Positions 49,100-63,470 of a stretch of 64,000 nt of DNA are shown here, piece after piece. The notes under the pieces are model-generated. The model was not told the DNA's origin. It did not search any database and worked only from the letters and a program-made list of their open reading frames with translations. The position numbers and the translations under genes were made by a program. This DNA is from the human T2T-CHM13v2.0 reference genome, Homo sapiens: assembly GCF_009914755.1 (NCBI RefSeq), contig NC_060932.1; one strand, given 5' to 3'. Numbering within the stretch: the stretch's first letter is position 1; every line of letters begins with the position of its first letter.

Positions 49100-50040
49100 T
49101 TCTCATAGTTCTGAGGGTCTAGATCCTTTTTCCTTTCTACGTACTCTAGAGGCCATTCCATCCTCTCCCCAGGTCCACTCACCACCTTACAATGATGTCT
49201 TCCAAATCTCTGTCTTCTGAGCTCCAGACTGAAGCGCTCCCCATCTCTTCTGCACTCAGGGCTGGATATCATCCCCTACCTCCCTCTTCCAGTCAGCAAG
49301 CTCAGATGCTCCTACCTTCTAAATCCCAAATCCATCTTCAGTGTGACCCTTTCTGTCTCCTTGCCACCATCCCCCTGTCATTCCCTTGCTCTGGGCCACT
49401 GTCCTCTCCTCCTAAATGTCTGCAGCACCCTTATGGTGTCCTTGCACAGCTTTGTTCCATCATCTCATTCTCCAAGCTGTAGCCAGAGGGACTGTCTAAA
49501 ACATGGCAAATGTGTCAGCCCCTATTAAAAACCCTTCATCGGACTTCCATTAAGCTCAGTTTATAAAGCTCAACTTCCTTCCATGACTTACAGTGCCCTT
49601 CGTGATCTGGCCTGCCTGCTCTTCCAGCCTCATCCCTGCATTCCAGCCATATGGAACTCTTCTTAATTCTTCAGGAACACCATATTCTCTTCCACTGTAG
49701 GTGCAGGTCTGTGCACTCGCTGTGTCCTTGGCCTCCACTCCCCGCTACCTCCATCTGAACTTTCTCAACCCAGTGCATTTGCATTGGATAATTCTTAACT
49801 TCATACTCTGGATTTCAACTTAAATGTCACTTCTTCCAGGAAGTCTTCCCTGCCTGCTCTGCGCCTTGTCTCAGCCCCACTGAATCTGATGTAGTTCTCA
49901 GCTGTGTGCTCCCAGAGTACTTTGCACAGATTTTATTGTGTTTGCTTGTTTTAATGGTCTGTCTCTTCCACTTGATTGCATCCTCCTTGAGGGCTGTGAC
50001 TGTATTTTGTTTGCGGTTGTATGCCCAGTGCCATAATTGA
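49100..50040 (-). mobile_element. L2 fragment
   Basis: Pyrimidine-rich L2-like motifs (AAATGTCACTTCTTCCAGGAAGTCTTCCCTG; CTCCTTGAGGGC..GACTGTATTTTG). Confidence 0.6.
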
Positions 50041-50183
50041 ATCAAATGTTAAGTTTCAATGGAAACCGCAGTGGTATAGCAACAGACATATTGAGCTATT
50101 TTCTGATTTTTCTTAGCTGTCTAAAACTTACAGATAGCCAATCTTTACCTTTCATAATACTGAGTTCCATTGCATTATGCCAG

Positions 50184-50310
50184 AGCTCTCTGTTACTTGA
50201 AGCTGTGCCAGTTTGAAGAAGCAAAGCAGGACTGTGATCAGGCACTTCAGCTAGCTGATGGGAACGTGAAAGCCTTCTATAGACGAGCTCTGGCTCATAA
50301 AGGACTCAAG
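50184..50310 (+). CDS. SPAG1: SPAG1 exon 16, TPR3 (ALCYLKLCQFEEAKQDC...HKGLK), 127 nt
   Basis: gccag acceptor, AAG/gtgagg donor; KAFYRRA clamp motif. Confidence 0.94.
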
Positions 50311-50979
50311 GTGAGGAAATCTTCATTTTAATGCATAAACTTCAGCTCTGAACAAATCAAGTGGTTTTCACAAGCATAAATCTCCAGATCTTGGGATGGG
50401 ATTGAGGTTATTCTTGGATTTAATCCTAGAACTGTACTAACCAGTTCTAAAACCTTGATAGAGGCCTCAGATTTCACCCCTAACCATAATGTGAAACTAG
50501 ATTGCTTCTAAGATTCCTTCCAGCTCCAAAATAATGATTTATTCTCTAGTTTTCTGAGGAATATTGTTAGTTATAGTAGGTTCATTTTAAGATAGAGGAA
50601 GGTTTGGTACTGAATTACCGAAACTAGCAGTAATGCTGCTGGTTCCTCCGGCAAGGATTGCTGTTGGAGGTTGGGTGGGGAAGGCATCAGAATAGAAGAT
50701 GGGTGACCCAGCGGAAGTTGGGAGAGACACATCGGAGACTTGAAAGCTTATAGTGATCTGGGCCTTAAGCCAGCTGATGGTCAGTGTAAATCTGTAAAAT
50801 GCCATTCTTCTCTAAGAAAACCATGCCATTAGTTTAGAAGAAAGTGGATATTGTATCATTCCACTTTTCTTCACACAGATTCTTCTGCATGGAAATCCTG
50901 AGGAATGAATGTTCATATTTATAGAAAATAACATCACAAGGAAAAACCAGAACATATTGGAAAATAGTACTTCCTGAAA

Positions 50980-51500
50980 TAATTTTTTAAGCTCAATTTT
51001 ATTAAGGTGTAATACAATGAAGTTCATACATTGTAATTGTGCAGGTCATTGACTTTTGGTATGTGCATATCCTCTTGTAGCCAATATCCCAATCGAGATA
51101 AAGAACATTTTCTTCTGAAGGTGGTGTGTGCTAAAAAAAAAATAACATTTTCATCTTTCTAGAAAGTTCTCTGTGCCCCTGTACAATAAATCTTCCTCCC
51201 TCCACCCCTACCCTCAGGCAGCCATTCATCTGATTTCTATCACTATAGATTAGTTTTGATTGTTTTGGACATTACCATAAATCATATAGAATGGACTCTA
51301 CTGTTTGGCTTCTTTCAGCATAACCTGAGATTTGTTTATATTGTGTGGGTATCAGGAACTGTTCCTTTTTATCACCGTGTTGTATGAATATATCACAATT
51401 TGTGTATATATTCACCAGTTGATGACACTTAGGTTGTTTCCAGTTTGGGGCTGTTAGGAATAAGGCTGCTGTGACATTCTTGTGTACATTTTTAATGGAT
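50980..51500 (-). mobile_element. Old L1M 3' end
   Basis: Same antisense L1M 3'UTR motifs (CTGATTTCTATCACTATAGATTAGTTTTG...GTTGTTTCCAGTTTGGGGC). Confidence 0.7.
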
Positions 51501-51787
51501 GGACTTGTTTACAAACTGTACAGCTGGAGGCCAGATGTGACTAGGAGTGGGGATAGAGGGAGATGGTCAGATCCTGAGGGGCTTGGTAGGCCATGCTGAG
51601 GAGGCTGGACTTAATTCTGAAGGTGATGGAGCCTCCAGAGCAGGGTAAATGGTGGTGTAATGGATCAGATTTGGGGACCTCATGGAAGGTTGATAAGAGG
51701 GGCCCAGGATGAGGAGGAAGGTAAGTGAGAGATCACCAAGGTGAGAAGCAGGTACCTGAAGGAAAGTAATGTCCAAGGAAAGGGAGA

Positions 51788-52158
51788 AGTATGTTAGCTG
51801 CTGTGGCTGCTATAACAAAGCGCCATAGACTGGGTGGCCTGAACAACAGAAATCTATTCTGGAGGCGGGAAGTCTCAGCTTGCGGTGTTAATAGGGGTGG
51901 TCTCTTCAGAGGCCTATGTCTCTGGCTTACAGTTGCTGTCCTCTCCCTGGGTCTCCATGTGGCCTTCCCTCTGTGTGTGTGTGCCCAAATCTTCTCTTTT
52001 TATAAAGACACAGTCATCTTGGACTAGGTAGGGCCTACTGATTTTAACTTGATTACCTCTTTAAAGGCCCTGTCTCCAAATATGGTTACATTTTGAGGTA
52101 CTGGAGGTTAGAACTTCAACACAGGACTTTCTGTGGGGACGTAGTTCAGCCCATAACA
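51788..52158 (-). mobile_element. MaLR solo LTR (MLT1B-like)
   Basis: Homologous to 3441-3823 (GCTGCTATAACAAAG..CATAGACTGGGTGGC...TTCAGCCCATAACA). Confidence 0.8.
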
Positions 52159-53094
52159 GAAGGGAAGGGGCCAATTCAAGGGTTTATGGTAAAGTTGACA
52201 TAGCAGTCAAATGTCTAGGGGAAGTGATGGAGGGGATGCCTCCCAGGTTCTGGCTGGGTGGCTGAGGGTAGTGGTGTGATAATGGGGAGCATTCAGGAGC
52301 GGGGCAGTTTGGGAGTGGGGAGAGGATTGTTTTGACTGATTGAGTCTGAGATAGTTGTTTTAATTCCGTGCCCATGACTGAAAGGGAACTATCTAGGTTC
52401 TGCAGGGAGAAGAGCAGTCATGTTGCATAATATAGCAAATGAGGACCACCCAGGTGCACTGAATGGCCACCTTTTCCAGATTGTAGATCCACTCTGGCTG
52501 CAGTGCAGTCAGCGTGCATGTCCCGCCAGGACCCTCGTGCTGCCCTGTGACCCCCGCCCCATGCTGAGGGAGCCACACAGTGTCCATGTGACCCTAACAC
52601 ATGCCTCCCCGCCGGCCCTCTTTTTTTTTGGTTAGCAACACACTCACTTGTAAAAAAAATTCCTAGATGGTGTATGGCACCACAAATTAAAAGAGACTCC
52701 TTTGAAATTTACTCACCTCTTTGAGCTTAGTAGATTTGGTAAATGAGGATCTGTATGGCTCATGAGTTTACAGATGGCCAAACTCTTGGAGCACATTTAC
52801 CTCTTACTGGCTGCCTGACTTTCTGAACCTGGTGAGCTGACTAAAGGTCAGAAGCTGCACCCTAATGAAAGACTGGACTTTAGTTTGTGTGGGTATCATC
52901 ATTAATACTTCATTGGACTTTTCTATTTCCTTGGAATGAATTCCAGAAATTATATTATGATGCAGAAAAATAATCCCAAATTTGAGTAATCCTATCCCAC
53001 TAGATTATGAGGCTGGTAGCTTATAGCTTGATTTGTTGTCCAGTAATTTGAGGTATGTGCCAGGTGAATTTAATTTCAGAATTTTAAAAAATGT

Positions 53095-54137
<1,043 letters not shown>

Positions 54138-56010
54138 TGAGCTCTGCTCTTCCCTCTACACTGCATGGCTGGGTTCTCTTCAGGTCTTGACTTCTCTGAC
54201 ACCTGTAACTGTAGAAAAAGGAGGCTCTCTTGTTAGTATCCATCTCAACCTTTAGTTTTCTCCATGACATCAATGACAGTCTGTAATTATCTATTCATTT
54301 GTTTACATGTTTTTAATTGCTTCCCCTCATAGGACGTAAGCTTCCATAAATGTAAAACTTAAGTCTGTCTTTCTTTGTCTTTTCCGTGGTCCTCTTAGCT
54401 CCTGGCACATGGACGTGCTCAGAGACCATCTGTGAAGTGAATGAGCCTCGCCCCCTCTTAGCTGCCTCCTTGCCCAATTCTGTCTATGCCCTTGCTGCCA
54501 TTCTGCCCTCTTCATGCTTGTCTGCAGTGCTAACACTTGTCAACATGCATTTCTTGTTTTCTTATGTCTCTTCCAACCAGTCAGGCTGCTCTTTAGGCAG
54601 AGACTTTCCGGATTCATGAAAATGATCCTATTGACTCCTAGGGTGCTGAGCTTCCATTTCCAAGGCTGTGGCTCACAGGTCTCTATTTCCAGTCCTTTCC
54701 CTTGAGCTCCATGCCATGTAATCATCCACCTTCTGGTCATTGCTGTTGTGACCATCCCATTCTTCATTTTTAAAATGGGAACAATAGAAGTTAATATTTG
54801 TAGGGCTGTTGTGAGGGTAAAGTAATAATTGTAAAATGCTTAGAATGGTAAGAATCAGCCTTTATTACTTCCTCAACTTGCCCTCCTGCTCCACTCCCTT
54901 GCCTTTCAGGTATGGCTCCCTGCCTAGAACGCTTAGGATATAAATACAGTGTCATTTTTCCCCCGGTAAGGTTCCAGTGCTGGTCTAGGACAGTGGTATC
55001 TGGAGATTTGTTATACTTTGTAAATAATTTACTTTTATAAACTAGAGCAGATTTAAGGTTATCCCTTTAAATATGTCCCTCTTGCTCTGGTGTGTTGCTG
55101 TAGGGGAGGGGAAAGGCATGTGGGATTACAGCTAGGCCCCCGGGAATGTCACATAATCACTAGCTCAGCTTATCTGTGCTCAGCCTCTTGTGCATGCTGT
55201 TACTGATGTGTCATGAATACTTGAAGAGGTTACACATCCTTGCAATTCTTTGCCTCTTCACAGTTTGGTTTATTCAAAACATGGGTCTAGTCTGTAGTTT
55301 AGAACATAGCTTGTCACAGCAGACTGACTTTGGGGCATCTGTCTTTGCTGCTAGATTCAGTGGTCATGTCTTGTTAGGTGCCCTTTCTTTCCCTCAACTT
55401 CTTCAGTGTATTGTGTGACTCATGGAAGATTAAATGTTGACTCTAGCCAATTTGAAGAGTAAACAACCTGGAAGGATTTTATGGAACAAAAGTATTATAA
55501 TAACTACCATTTGCATAGTCCTTTATAGGTTTAAGCCACTTATTTGTTCATTTATTTCTTGGTACAGCCTTGTGAAAATTTGAATAGAGCTTTTGTTCCC
55601 CTTATGTTAAAGATGAGAAGACTGAAGCCCAGAAAGGTTAAGTAGGATCTTAAGTTTCATTGCTAGTAGGTGCTAATACAAGGATGAGTTCATTCTTTCA
55701 TTTATTCATTCAGCAAGCAACAAGTGCTTATCATGTGTTAGGGACTGGGAAGGTTGTGGTGATACAGAATTTAACTTGCGTTTTCTAACTCCAGATCCTG
55801 TGCTTTTTCTTCTATAGTCGATGTTCACTGTATCATGGGTTATACTATTTCAGCTGCATATTCACCCCACAGGCTCACTTTGTAAGAGTGGTATTAATGT
55901 GGACCCTGCACACATACTGCACAGCTCACTACATCCACCCCACTCCCACTCAGGTTACTCTAGGCTCCTTCTATTTATGAAAGTTATTTTCTCTGTCTTC
56001 CTACTTACAG

Positions 56011-56175
56011 AATTATCAGAAAAGCTTAATTGATCTCAATAAAGTTATCCTACTAGATCCAAGTATTATTGAGGCAAAGATGGAACTGGAAGAGGTAACT
56101 AGACTCCTTAATCTTAAGGATAAGACAGCACCATTCAACAAAGAAAAGGAGAGAAGGAAAATTGAGATTCAAGAG
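56011..56175 (+). CDS. SPAG1: SPAG1 exon 17 (NYQKSLIDLNKV...KIEIQE), 165 nt
   Basis: ttacag acceptor, GAG/gtattt donor. Confidence 0.94.
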
Positions 56176-57173
56176 GTATTTGTATTTGATTATCTTTGAA
56201 AGTACTCCTTTGGGGACCTTAGACTGGATTCTAAGGTCATATTCCTGTGAGTTCTAAAACATTTTTAATTTTGTGTTTTTATTCTGATGATCAGTGACAA
56301 AATTTTAACCAGCAACAAAATGTCTCCTTTGCAATGATAATTAGCCATTGTATTTCCCAACGTGGGTCCATGGATGGTACTGGGAGTCTCTGCATTACTG
56401 CAGTTCTTCCTTTCTTTGGCCTCCATCTGTACTGCTCCCACTCCAGAGTACACTGGGAACCAGCGGCCACTGACTTTGCTCCAGGGTAGACCTGGAGAAT
56501 CCTGACGGGACTGATTTTGTTACAGGGGCCCTGAAAGCCTCACCTCATAGAGATTATCCAGATTGATTCAGACCTTTTTAGCACTCTGAAATATGACTGC
56601 CTCATCAGAGATCTCGAACTACCTCAGGATCAAACTGCTTTTGTGATTCAGATAACTAAAATGTTTTTCTCTGCCTAATATTAGGGAAGAATGTTAGGCT
56701 GTGAATCCCTGTACATTCATGAATGCTAATACCCCATTTATAGTCTCACATTTCCACTAAGAGTAAGAGGCTAATATGTAAGAGAAGCTAGGAAGGTTTT
56801 TTTTCCTCTTTAAGGAGGGAAGAAAAAACTGTTTTAGGAGAATCGAGCAATGTAAGTTCATTTCTCTGTTAAAATTTATTGTGAAAAGGAGATAAAATTG
56901 ACATAGGCATTTATACAACAATTGTATAAAGTCTAAAAATTAAATTTTGTTGTCATAGTTTCAATGTCAAATAATTTTTTAAAACTTTTATGAATTGGAT
57001 CTTATACCCTAAAACTTCTCTTCCTAAAAAAAATTATTACAAAGTTTTCACTTGGAACTGGACTACAGTACAGTCTACTTGTAGTTTTCAATTCTCATTC
57101 TGACAGACGTACTTAGGATGTATGTGGTGATTGTGGTTCAGTGTCACAATGCATTTTTCTTTTCTTCATGAAG

Positions 57174-57542
57174 GTGAATGAAGGCAAGGAGGAGCCTGGA
57201 AGACCTGCAGGGGAGGTCTCCACGGGATGCCTTGCTTCTGAGAAGGGAGGCAAAAGCAGCAGGTCACCAGAAGACCCTGAGAAACTTCCGATAGCCAAGC
57301 CTAATAATGCCTATGAATTTGGTCAGATTATAAATGCTCTCAGTACCAGGAAGGATAAAGAAGCCTGTGCACATCTTTTAGCCATCACTGCACCAAAAGA
57401 TTTGCCGATGTTTTTAAGTAACAAACTTGAAGGGGATACATTCCTTCTCCTCATTCAGTCTCTGAAAAATAATCTTATTGAAAAAGATCCCTCATTGGTG
57501 TATCAGCATCTTTTATACCTGAGTAAAGCAGAAAGGTTTAAG
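57174..57542 (+). CDS. SPAG1: SPAG1 exon 18, linker and RPAP3_C-like domain (PNNAYEF...AERFK), 369 nt
   Basis: Inside ORF 57141..57554; atgaag acceptor, AAG/gtaagt donor. Confidence 0.94.
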
Positions 57543-57661
57543 GTAAGTGGCTAAGTATTTTATTAGTAGAAATTGGTTTTATTAGGGTTTCTGTAACTTA
57601 AAAATGTTACTTATGCTAACATAGTTGGTTTTTTGTTTTTTTTTTTTTTTGCTTCTTTTAG

Positions 57662-57793
57662 ATGATGTTGACACTAATTAGCAAGGGCCAAAAGGAGCTA
57701 ATTGAACAGCTGTTTGAGGACCTTTCAGACACACCAAACAACCATTTTACTTTAGAAGATATACAGGCCCTAAAAAGGCAGTATGAGCTTTAA
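57662..57793 (+). CDS. SPAG1: SPAG1 last coding exon (MMLTLISKGQKE...KRQYEL*)
   Basis: ttttag acceptor after a 119-nt intron; TAA at 57791-57793. Confidence 0.95.
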   Translation: MMLTLISKGQKELIEQLFEDLSDTPNNHFTLEDIQALKRQYEL

Positions 57794-58700
57794 ATCAAGA
57801 TAATTGTTAGATTTCTTCCATGCATGTATGTGTTCCAGGAATGTTAATGAGATGGTATTGTAAAAGAGTTGCATGGATAAAACTTGGCCTAGAAAAGTTT
57901 GGTCTGCACTATAAAACATTTTACTTATTTTCCTACATAGAACATGTATATTCTACAATCTGCTTTTTATTAGTTGTAAATATTTTCTTATGTACCAGAA
58001 CCAAATAAGTATATTTAGAACTTGTTAAAAATACATTTTAATTTATGATATACATATTATTTTAATTACTTGTTAAAATTTTGAGTTAAGTTGCATTTCT
58101 TTGGGCTATGAAGGAGTCCTCTTAAGTTTGATAGAAATGAATTTCTTGTAACATTCTTTTTTAAAAGTGGAAGTCATTAACAGTGATTATTATATCACTT
58201 ATATCCTGCTAAGATACACATAAATCCCATTTTGTACTAGTACCTGTGGATTACAGTCAGTTAAAATGAAATGCAACACTGAAGTCTATAACATGAAATG
58301 ATTATTAAATTGTTTATTAATTTAGAGCTATAAGAGGAACTTATTTTTTCTAATACGGAAGCATTGCCTAATAATTAAGAACAAAAATTGCCAAAAATTT
58401 CTACCACTTTTTACTAGATTTTAAAAAGCTACTTTCTTTTATATTGCCTATATAAGCAAAAAACCAACCACTGTATTAAAGCAAACTAAGCCTGCATTTA
58501 TATCTGAATTATTACCTCCATATTTTACCAAACATTTGAATGTCCCCCTTCCCCCTTTTTTGTTTTCTGCTTTTATGACTGTATTTATTCCTTTACTGTA
58601 AAAGAATATGAAGAACTCATACATGTTGAAAGCTCCTTTGTTGACTGGGTCAAAGTGAAGGAATTTCAATCTCCATCAGTGTACTGTCATTTATTTCTGC
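57794..58700 (+). other. SPAG1: SPAG1 3' UTR (end approximate)
   Basis: AT-rich unique sequence after the stop; variant poly(A) signals ATTAAA at 58304-58309 and 58475-58480. Confidence 0.6.
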
Positions 58701-59749
58701 GGTCTGTAGTGCGTTCCCCCTTTCTGGAGCATTTTCTTATTCACTTAGAAGTGAAGATGAAAGTTAGTATCATGTTTACTATTTCCATATTCATTATTAT
58801 TTTATCTAATCTTTTATAGTTACAGAATATTTTAACTCATCTTGGGTAAATATCTTTCAAACTGTGCCATTTTTCTTTGAAACTGCTTTCTTTGTTCATA
58901 AGTGAAAAATCTGTAATGGGACTTTAGTCTTCAAACAAAATTTCTCCTTTTTAATGTTATTGAATTTTTATAAAAGTAAATGGTGGATTGTTAGAAATGT
59001 ATCCTATGTATGGAGTTTACTTACAGAAATGGGACCACTCTTTTCCTATACATAGCAACTTGAAATTAACTTTAGAGACAAAAGGGAACTTTCTCTTTTG
59101 GTGCCTGACACAGTGACATTAATAACTGTAGGTGATTTTGTTGAGCTTTGTGATAGGCACTGTGTGTCATTTATCACACATTGTCTAATTTAATCTTCAT
59201 AACTCTGCTACAGATGAGGAAACAATGGAACAGAAGGTTGTATAAATTAATGAGGATTTACAAATGTTGCAAGTGGTCTCTCCAGTATCCAAACCTGGGC
59301 AGTCTATCTTTTGAGTTCATATACTCTGTGCTGTGTAATGGAAAATATTAAATATGTGAATGGACTAATGGTTCAGGTGCCTATTCCTTAACAGTCACAG
59401 ATGAGTAAAAGATTAGTGAATGTAAATTGGCAATTTTGGTATTTATAGTGAAAACACAGAGCAAGAGGAATGCCCAGGCCTGCCTGAGAGAGGGTTAGGA
59501 AAGGTTTCTCATGGGGCACAGTTCTGCCACAGCTTGAGTATGTCATAGGCAGAGGAAACGAGATGCAAGGGCATCAACGTGCATATTGAAGGTGCAGGTT
59601 GAATGAAAGTGTGAAGTCACTTGGCATGTTCAGAGAACTGCGTGAATCTTAATATTACTGGAACATGTGGCTTAAGAGATAGCTGGATAGAACAGAAAAT
59701 TGCATGCTGCATATAAAATGGCAGAAAATATCAGAATTTTAATTATACT

Positions 59750-60125
59750 CTGGCATTACTCTTAACTAAGACCTGGTTTTCTTCCCCTTCTGGGCATACA
59801 CAAGATTGTACTTTTCAGCCTCTTTGTGATTGGTCGGGGCCACGTGACCACTTCTGCCAGTAGGGTTTAGGTAAAAGTGATGTGTCACTTCTGAGCCAAA
59901 GTATGCAAGATCTGGCCCCAAACCCTCCCTGATCGTTTCCGTTGCTACAGTGACAAGGCTTCATGTTGCAGTCAGTGCAGTTAAAAGATGACTGGCTCTG
60001 TCAGCCTCGTTCTTTGAATGCTGGTTTGAAGCAGGGTTCTGCCAGTCCACATTGGACACAGAATGAACAAGCTTATGCTTTTTTTGTTAAGCCACTGAGA
60101 TTTTTATTATTTGTAACTATATCCA
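59750..60125 (+). mobile_element. Old MaLR LTR (MLT1I/J-like)
   Basis: GGGGCCACGTGAC...AAGTGATGTGTCACTTCTGAGCC...TGTTAAGCCACTGAGATTT. Confidence 0.7.
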
Positions 60126-61672
60126 AACACTTAACCTCTCAGTCTGCTTCTGTATCTCTTCTTTCTTCAGCCTTTAAATCTTTCCTGAGCTTTGACCTGT
60201 AAAGCCAACTTCAAACTGTTCACCTCTACACAGATGTCTTACAGATACTGTAACTATACATGCCCTAAATGGAACTCGCTGTTCCCTGAAACTCAGGCTT
60301 CACTTATCCCATAGTTCCACAAAAGGTACCAGCATTCACACACTGGCCTAAGAAACCTGGGCTTCTAAACTTTCCTTGCTCTCAGTCCTCACATCTAATA
60401 TTTCATCCTGGCAGACACTTCATTACACGAACATGGCACACTCACCCAAGACTAACTGCGTTTGCGCAGGATGTCTTACCACATTGTTTTGGTGTTTTTG
60501 AGTTTACTTGTCTGATACAAAATATCTGGTTCAGTTCTGTTTCCCATAGTGCTCAGCAAAATGCCTGGCATAATAGATTCAGTAAGTTATTCACTGAATG
60601 AATGATGTCTTAGTAATTGTATAATTATATTTGTGGGTACATGTATTACCTAAAGTATTTTAGTGGAATGTCAGCACTTGTTATATCTAATTGGTTTGCT
60701 GTAAATTGTGCATCTGGAAGGAGAGAAGTCTCAAAAGTAATTCTATACAGAGTGTGGGTTATTTAATCATCAGAGCTTAACTCATGCCTTAGGGACCTTA
60801 TGAACAAAGTTTCTAGACAAAAACATCAAAGACAAAATGTTAGAAAAGGAAAGGAAAGAAACTAAAAGCCCTTGAATTAAAACTGTGTGACAATTATTTA
60901 CTAGATGTAAAAACATCCAAGCAAATCACAGTCACTCTGGGCTTAAATTTGCTTATTTTTAAATGTTAAGTAAATATCATCTGGAATGACAGATTTGTTG
61001 CAAAATAACATGAAAATACTTCCTAAATTGCACAGTATATAAGAGACTAATGTCATTACTATTTCTGGCTTGTGGGTAATATGAAAGTTCCCTGTGTGCA
61101 GATCTTGAATGCAGGATTCCACACCTCCCATGTCCAGCCTCTTAATATCTGGCCCCTGGAGTTTTTACCACATGCTCCCATGGTCACCCTCAGCCTCCTG
61201 ATCTTAACTGAAGTAACGGACCATCCCATAGGACTGCTCCAATCAGCTTCCCCTCCTCTTGACTCATCACCAGATCCCCTGCCTCCAACTGTTCTCTCCC
61301 TGAAAGTAGTCTTACTCCTCTTTTCTAATGCTGACCCCTGATCTTATTCCTCCCTTTTCTTCTAGGACTTTCCTCTGAGAATAATACCTTCTCTTTCATG
61401 TCTGCAATATCTCCCTTTTCATCGCTGCCATCCTGTCAGCCTATAAACCTACGCAGCTATTCTTCACCTAAAGAAAAGTCTCAACCTTTCATCTTTCCCT
61501 ATACCATTGCTTTCAAAACTGGATAACTTTCTGTTTACAAGACAAAATGAAAAAATCATTCTCCATTTTCCCCACCTCTCACTGATTCCTTTTTTGAAGG
61601 AATTTTGGCTTCTGCCTCCCATCACTATTGAATTTAAACTCCTCTCAACAACCTTGATCAAACCCAGCAGCC

Positions 61673-63470
61673 TTTTTTTTTTTTTTTTTTTAAGACGGAG
61701 TCTCGTGCTTTGGCCCAGGCTGGAGTGCGGTGGCGCGATCTTGGCTCACTGCAAGCTCCGCCTCCCAGGTTCACGCCATTCTCCTGCCTGAGGAGAATAC
61801 TCCCGAGTAGCTGGGACTACAGGCACCTGCCACCACCCGGCTAATTTTTTGTATTTTTTAGTAGTGACAGGGTTTCACCATGTTAGCCAAGATGGTCTCG
61901 ATCTCCTGACCTCGTGATCCACCTGCCTCGGCCTCCCAAAGTGCTGGGATTACAGGCGTGAGCCACCGTGCCCGACCCCAGCAGCCTTTTCTTAGTCATA
62001 GAATTGCGTCGCATTGTAGCCTGGAGAGAATTGTTATAGGTCATCTCATCTAAATCCTTTCACTTATATTGAAGCCCAAATAAGAACACACCTAAGGATA
62101 TTGTGTATTGTGAAACGCCGAGAAACTGTGGCTGGTTTGGCCCTTTTGCTATCTGGGATTTGAGGGAAAAGGTGAAATTTGGAAGGCAAAGAAAGCAAAC
62201 CTTAAGGACAGCTATGATACTGAGTCTAGACAGGCTATTATATTTCTTTTTTTTCTTTTTTTTTTTGAGACGGAGTCTCGCTCCGTCACCCATGCTGGAG
62301 TGCAGTGGCACTATCTCGGCTCACTGCAAACTCCGCCTCCCGGGTTCTCGCCATTCTCCTGCCTCAGCCTCCCGCCTGGGTAGCTGGGACTACAGGCGCC
62401 CGCCACTACGCCCGGCTAGTTTTTTGTATTTTTAGTAGAGACGGGGTTTCACCGTGTTAGCCAGGATGGTCTCGATCTCCTGACCTCGTAATCCACCCGC
62501 CTCGGCCTCCCAAAGTGCTGGGATTACAGGCGTGAGCCACCGCACCCAGCGCTATTATATTTCTTAATTGCTCAGACTGAGCCATAATCTAATCTAGGCA
62601 AATTCAGAGAGTGCCTCCTTCATGAGCAAGATCTTAAAATGAAAAGGCCTCTACAAGTCGAGACTGCAAAGTGATGGATATATTGAGAATTTGATATTTG
62701 TCAGGAAAGCTTCAAAGACATGGAGCTTCTAAGCTTAATCTTTTCATTTCCACTTCTTATGCATCTTAGTGAAAACTCCCTTTATCCTACCAAGTGGTGG
62801 TGCCTATTAGTAGTATACTGTTCGCTAGAGGCCTCCCAGGAAGTAGTTCAGAAGGCTTGATTTCTATGTTATGTGCAGAGATGAAGCATGAGTTATGGCA
62901 CAGCATGTTGTTAAAGTGATTTCAAATATATTTTCTTATAGTTACTTTCCTAACACATGGGTTTTGCTCTCTAGGAAGAGAATGGAGCAAAGTGTGTAGC
63001 TGGAATTTGTTTTACTTTCCTATTAGCCTGTAGGTACCACTCAGACCAAAAGGACTCCCTAAAAACTGATGTGCAAGTCACAGAATTCTCCTGCCTGACC
63101 TCTATCAAGGGATGTCTGTAAGGAGAAATCTATCTCTAAAGTACTATGAATTTTGTCACGTTTATAGGTTTTTTGCTTGTTTTTAGAGACAGGGTCTCAG
63201 CTCTGTTGCCCAGGTTGGAGTGCAGTGACATAATCATGGCTCACTGCAGCCTCAACCTCCTGGACTCAAGCAGTCCTTCTGCCTCATCCTCCTGAATAGC
63301 TGGGTCTACGGGCATACACCACCATGCCCGGCTATTTTTTTTTTTTTTAAAGTAGAAACAGGGTCTCATTATGTTACCCAGGTTGGTCTCAAACTCCTGG
63401 CCTCAAGCGATCCTCCTGCTTCAGCCTCCCCAAGTGCTGGGATTACAGGCATGAGCCACCGCACCCAGCC
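61673..63470 (-). mobile_element. Downstream Alus: AluY-like 61673-61976 and 62243-62550, AluJ-like 63170-63470
   Basis: Antisense Alu consensus with TSDs. Confidence 0.9.

Noticed and set aside
57234-57257. P-loop pattern ASEKGGKS
   Set aside because: Matches [AG]x4GK[ST] but lies in a low-complexity linker with no preceding hydrophobic strand or NTPase fold; probably chance
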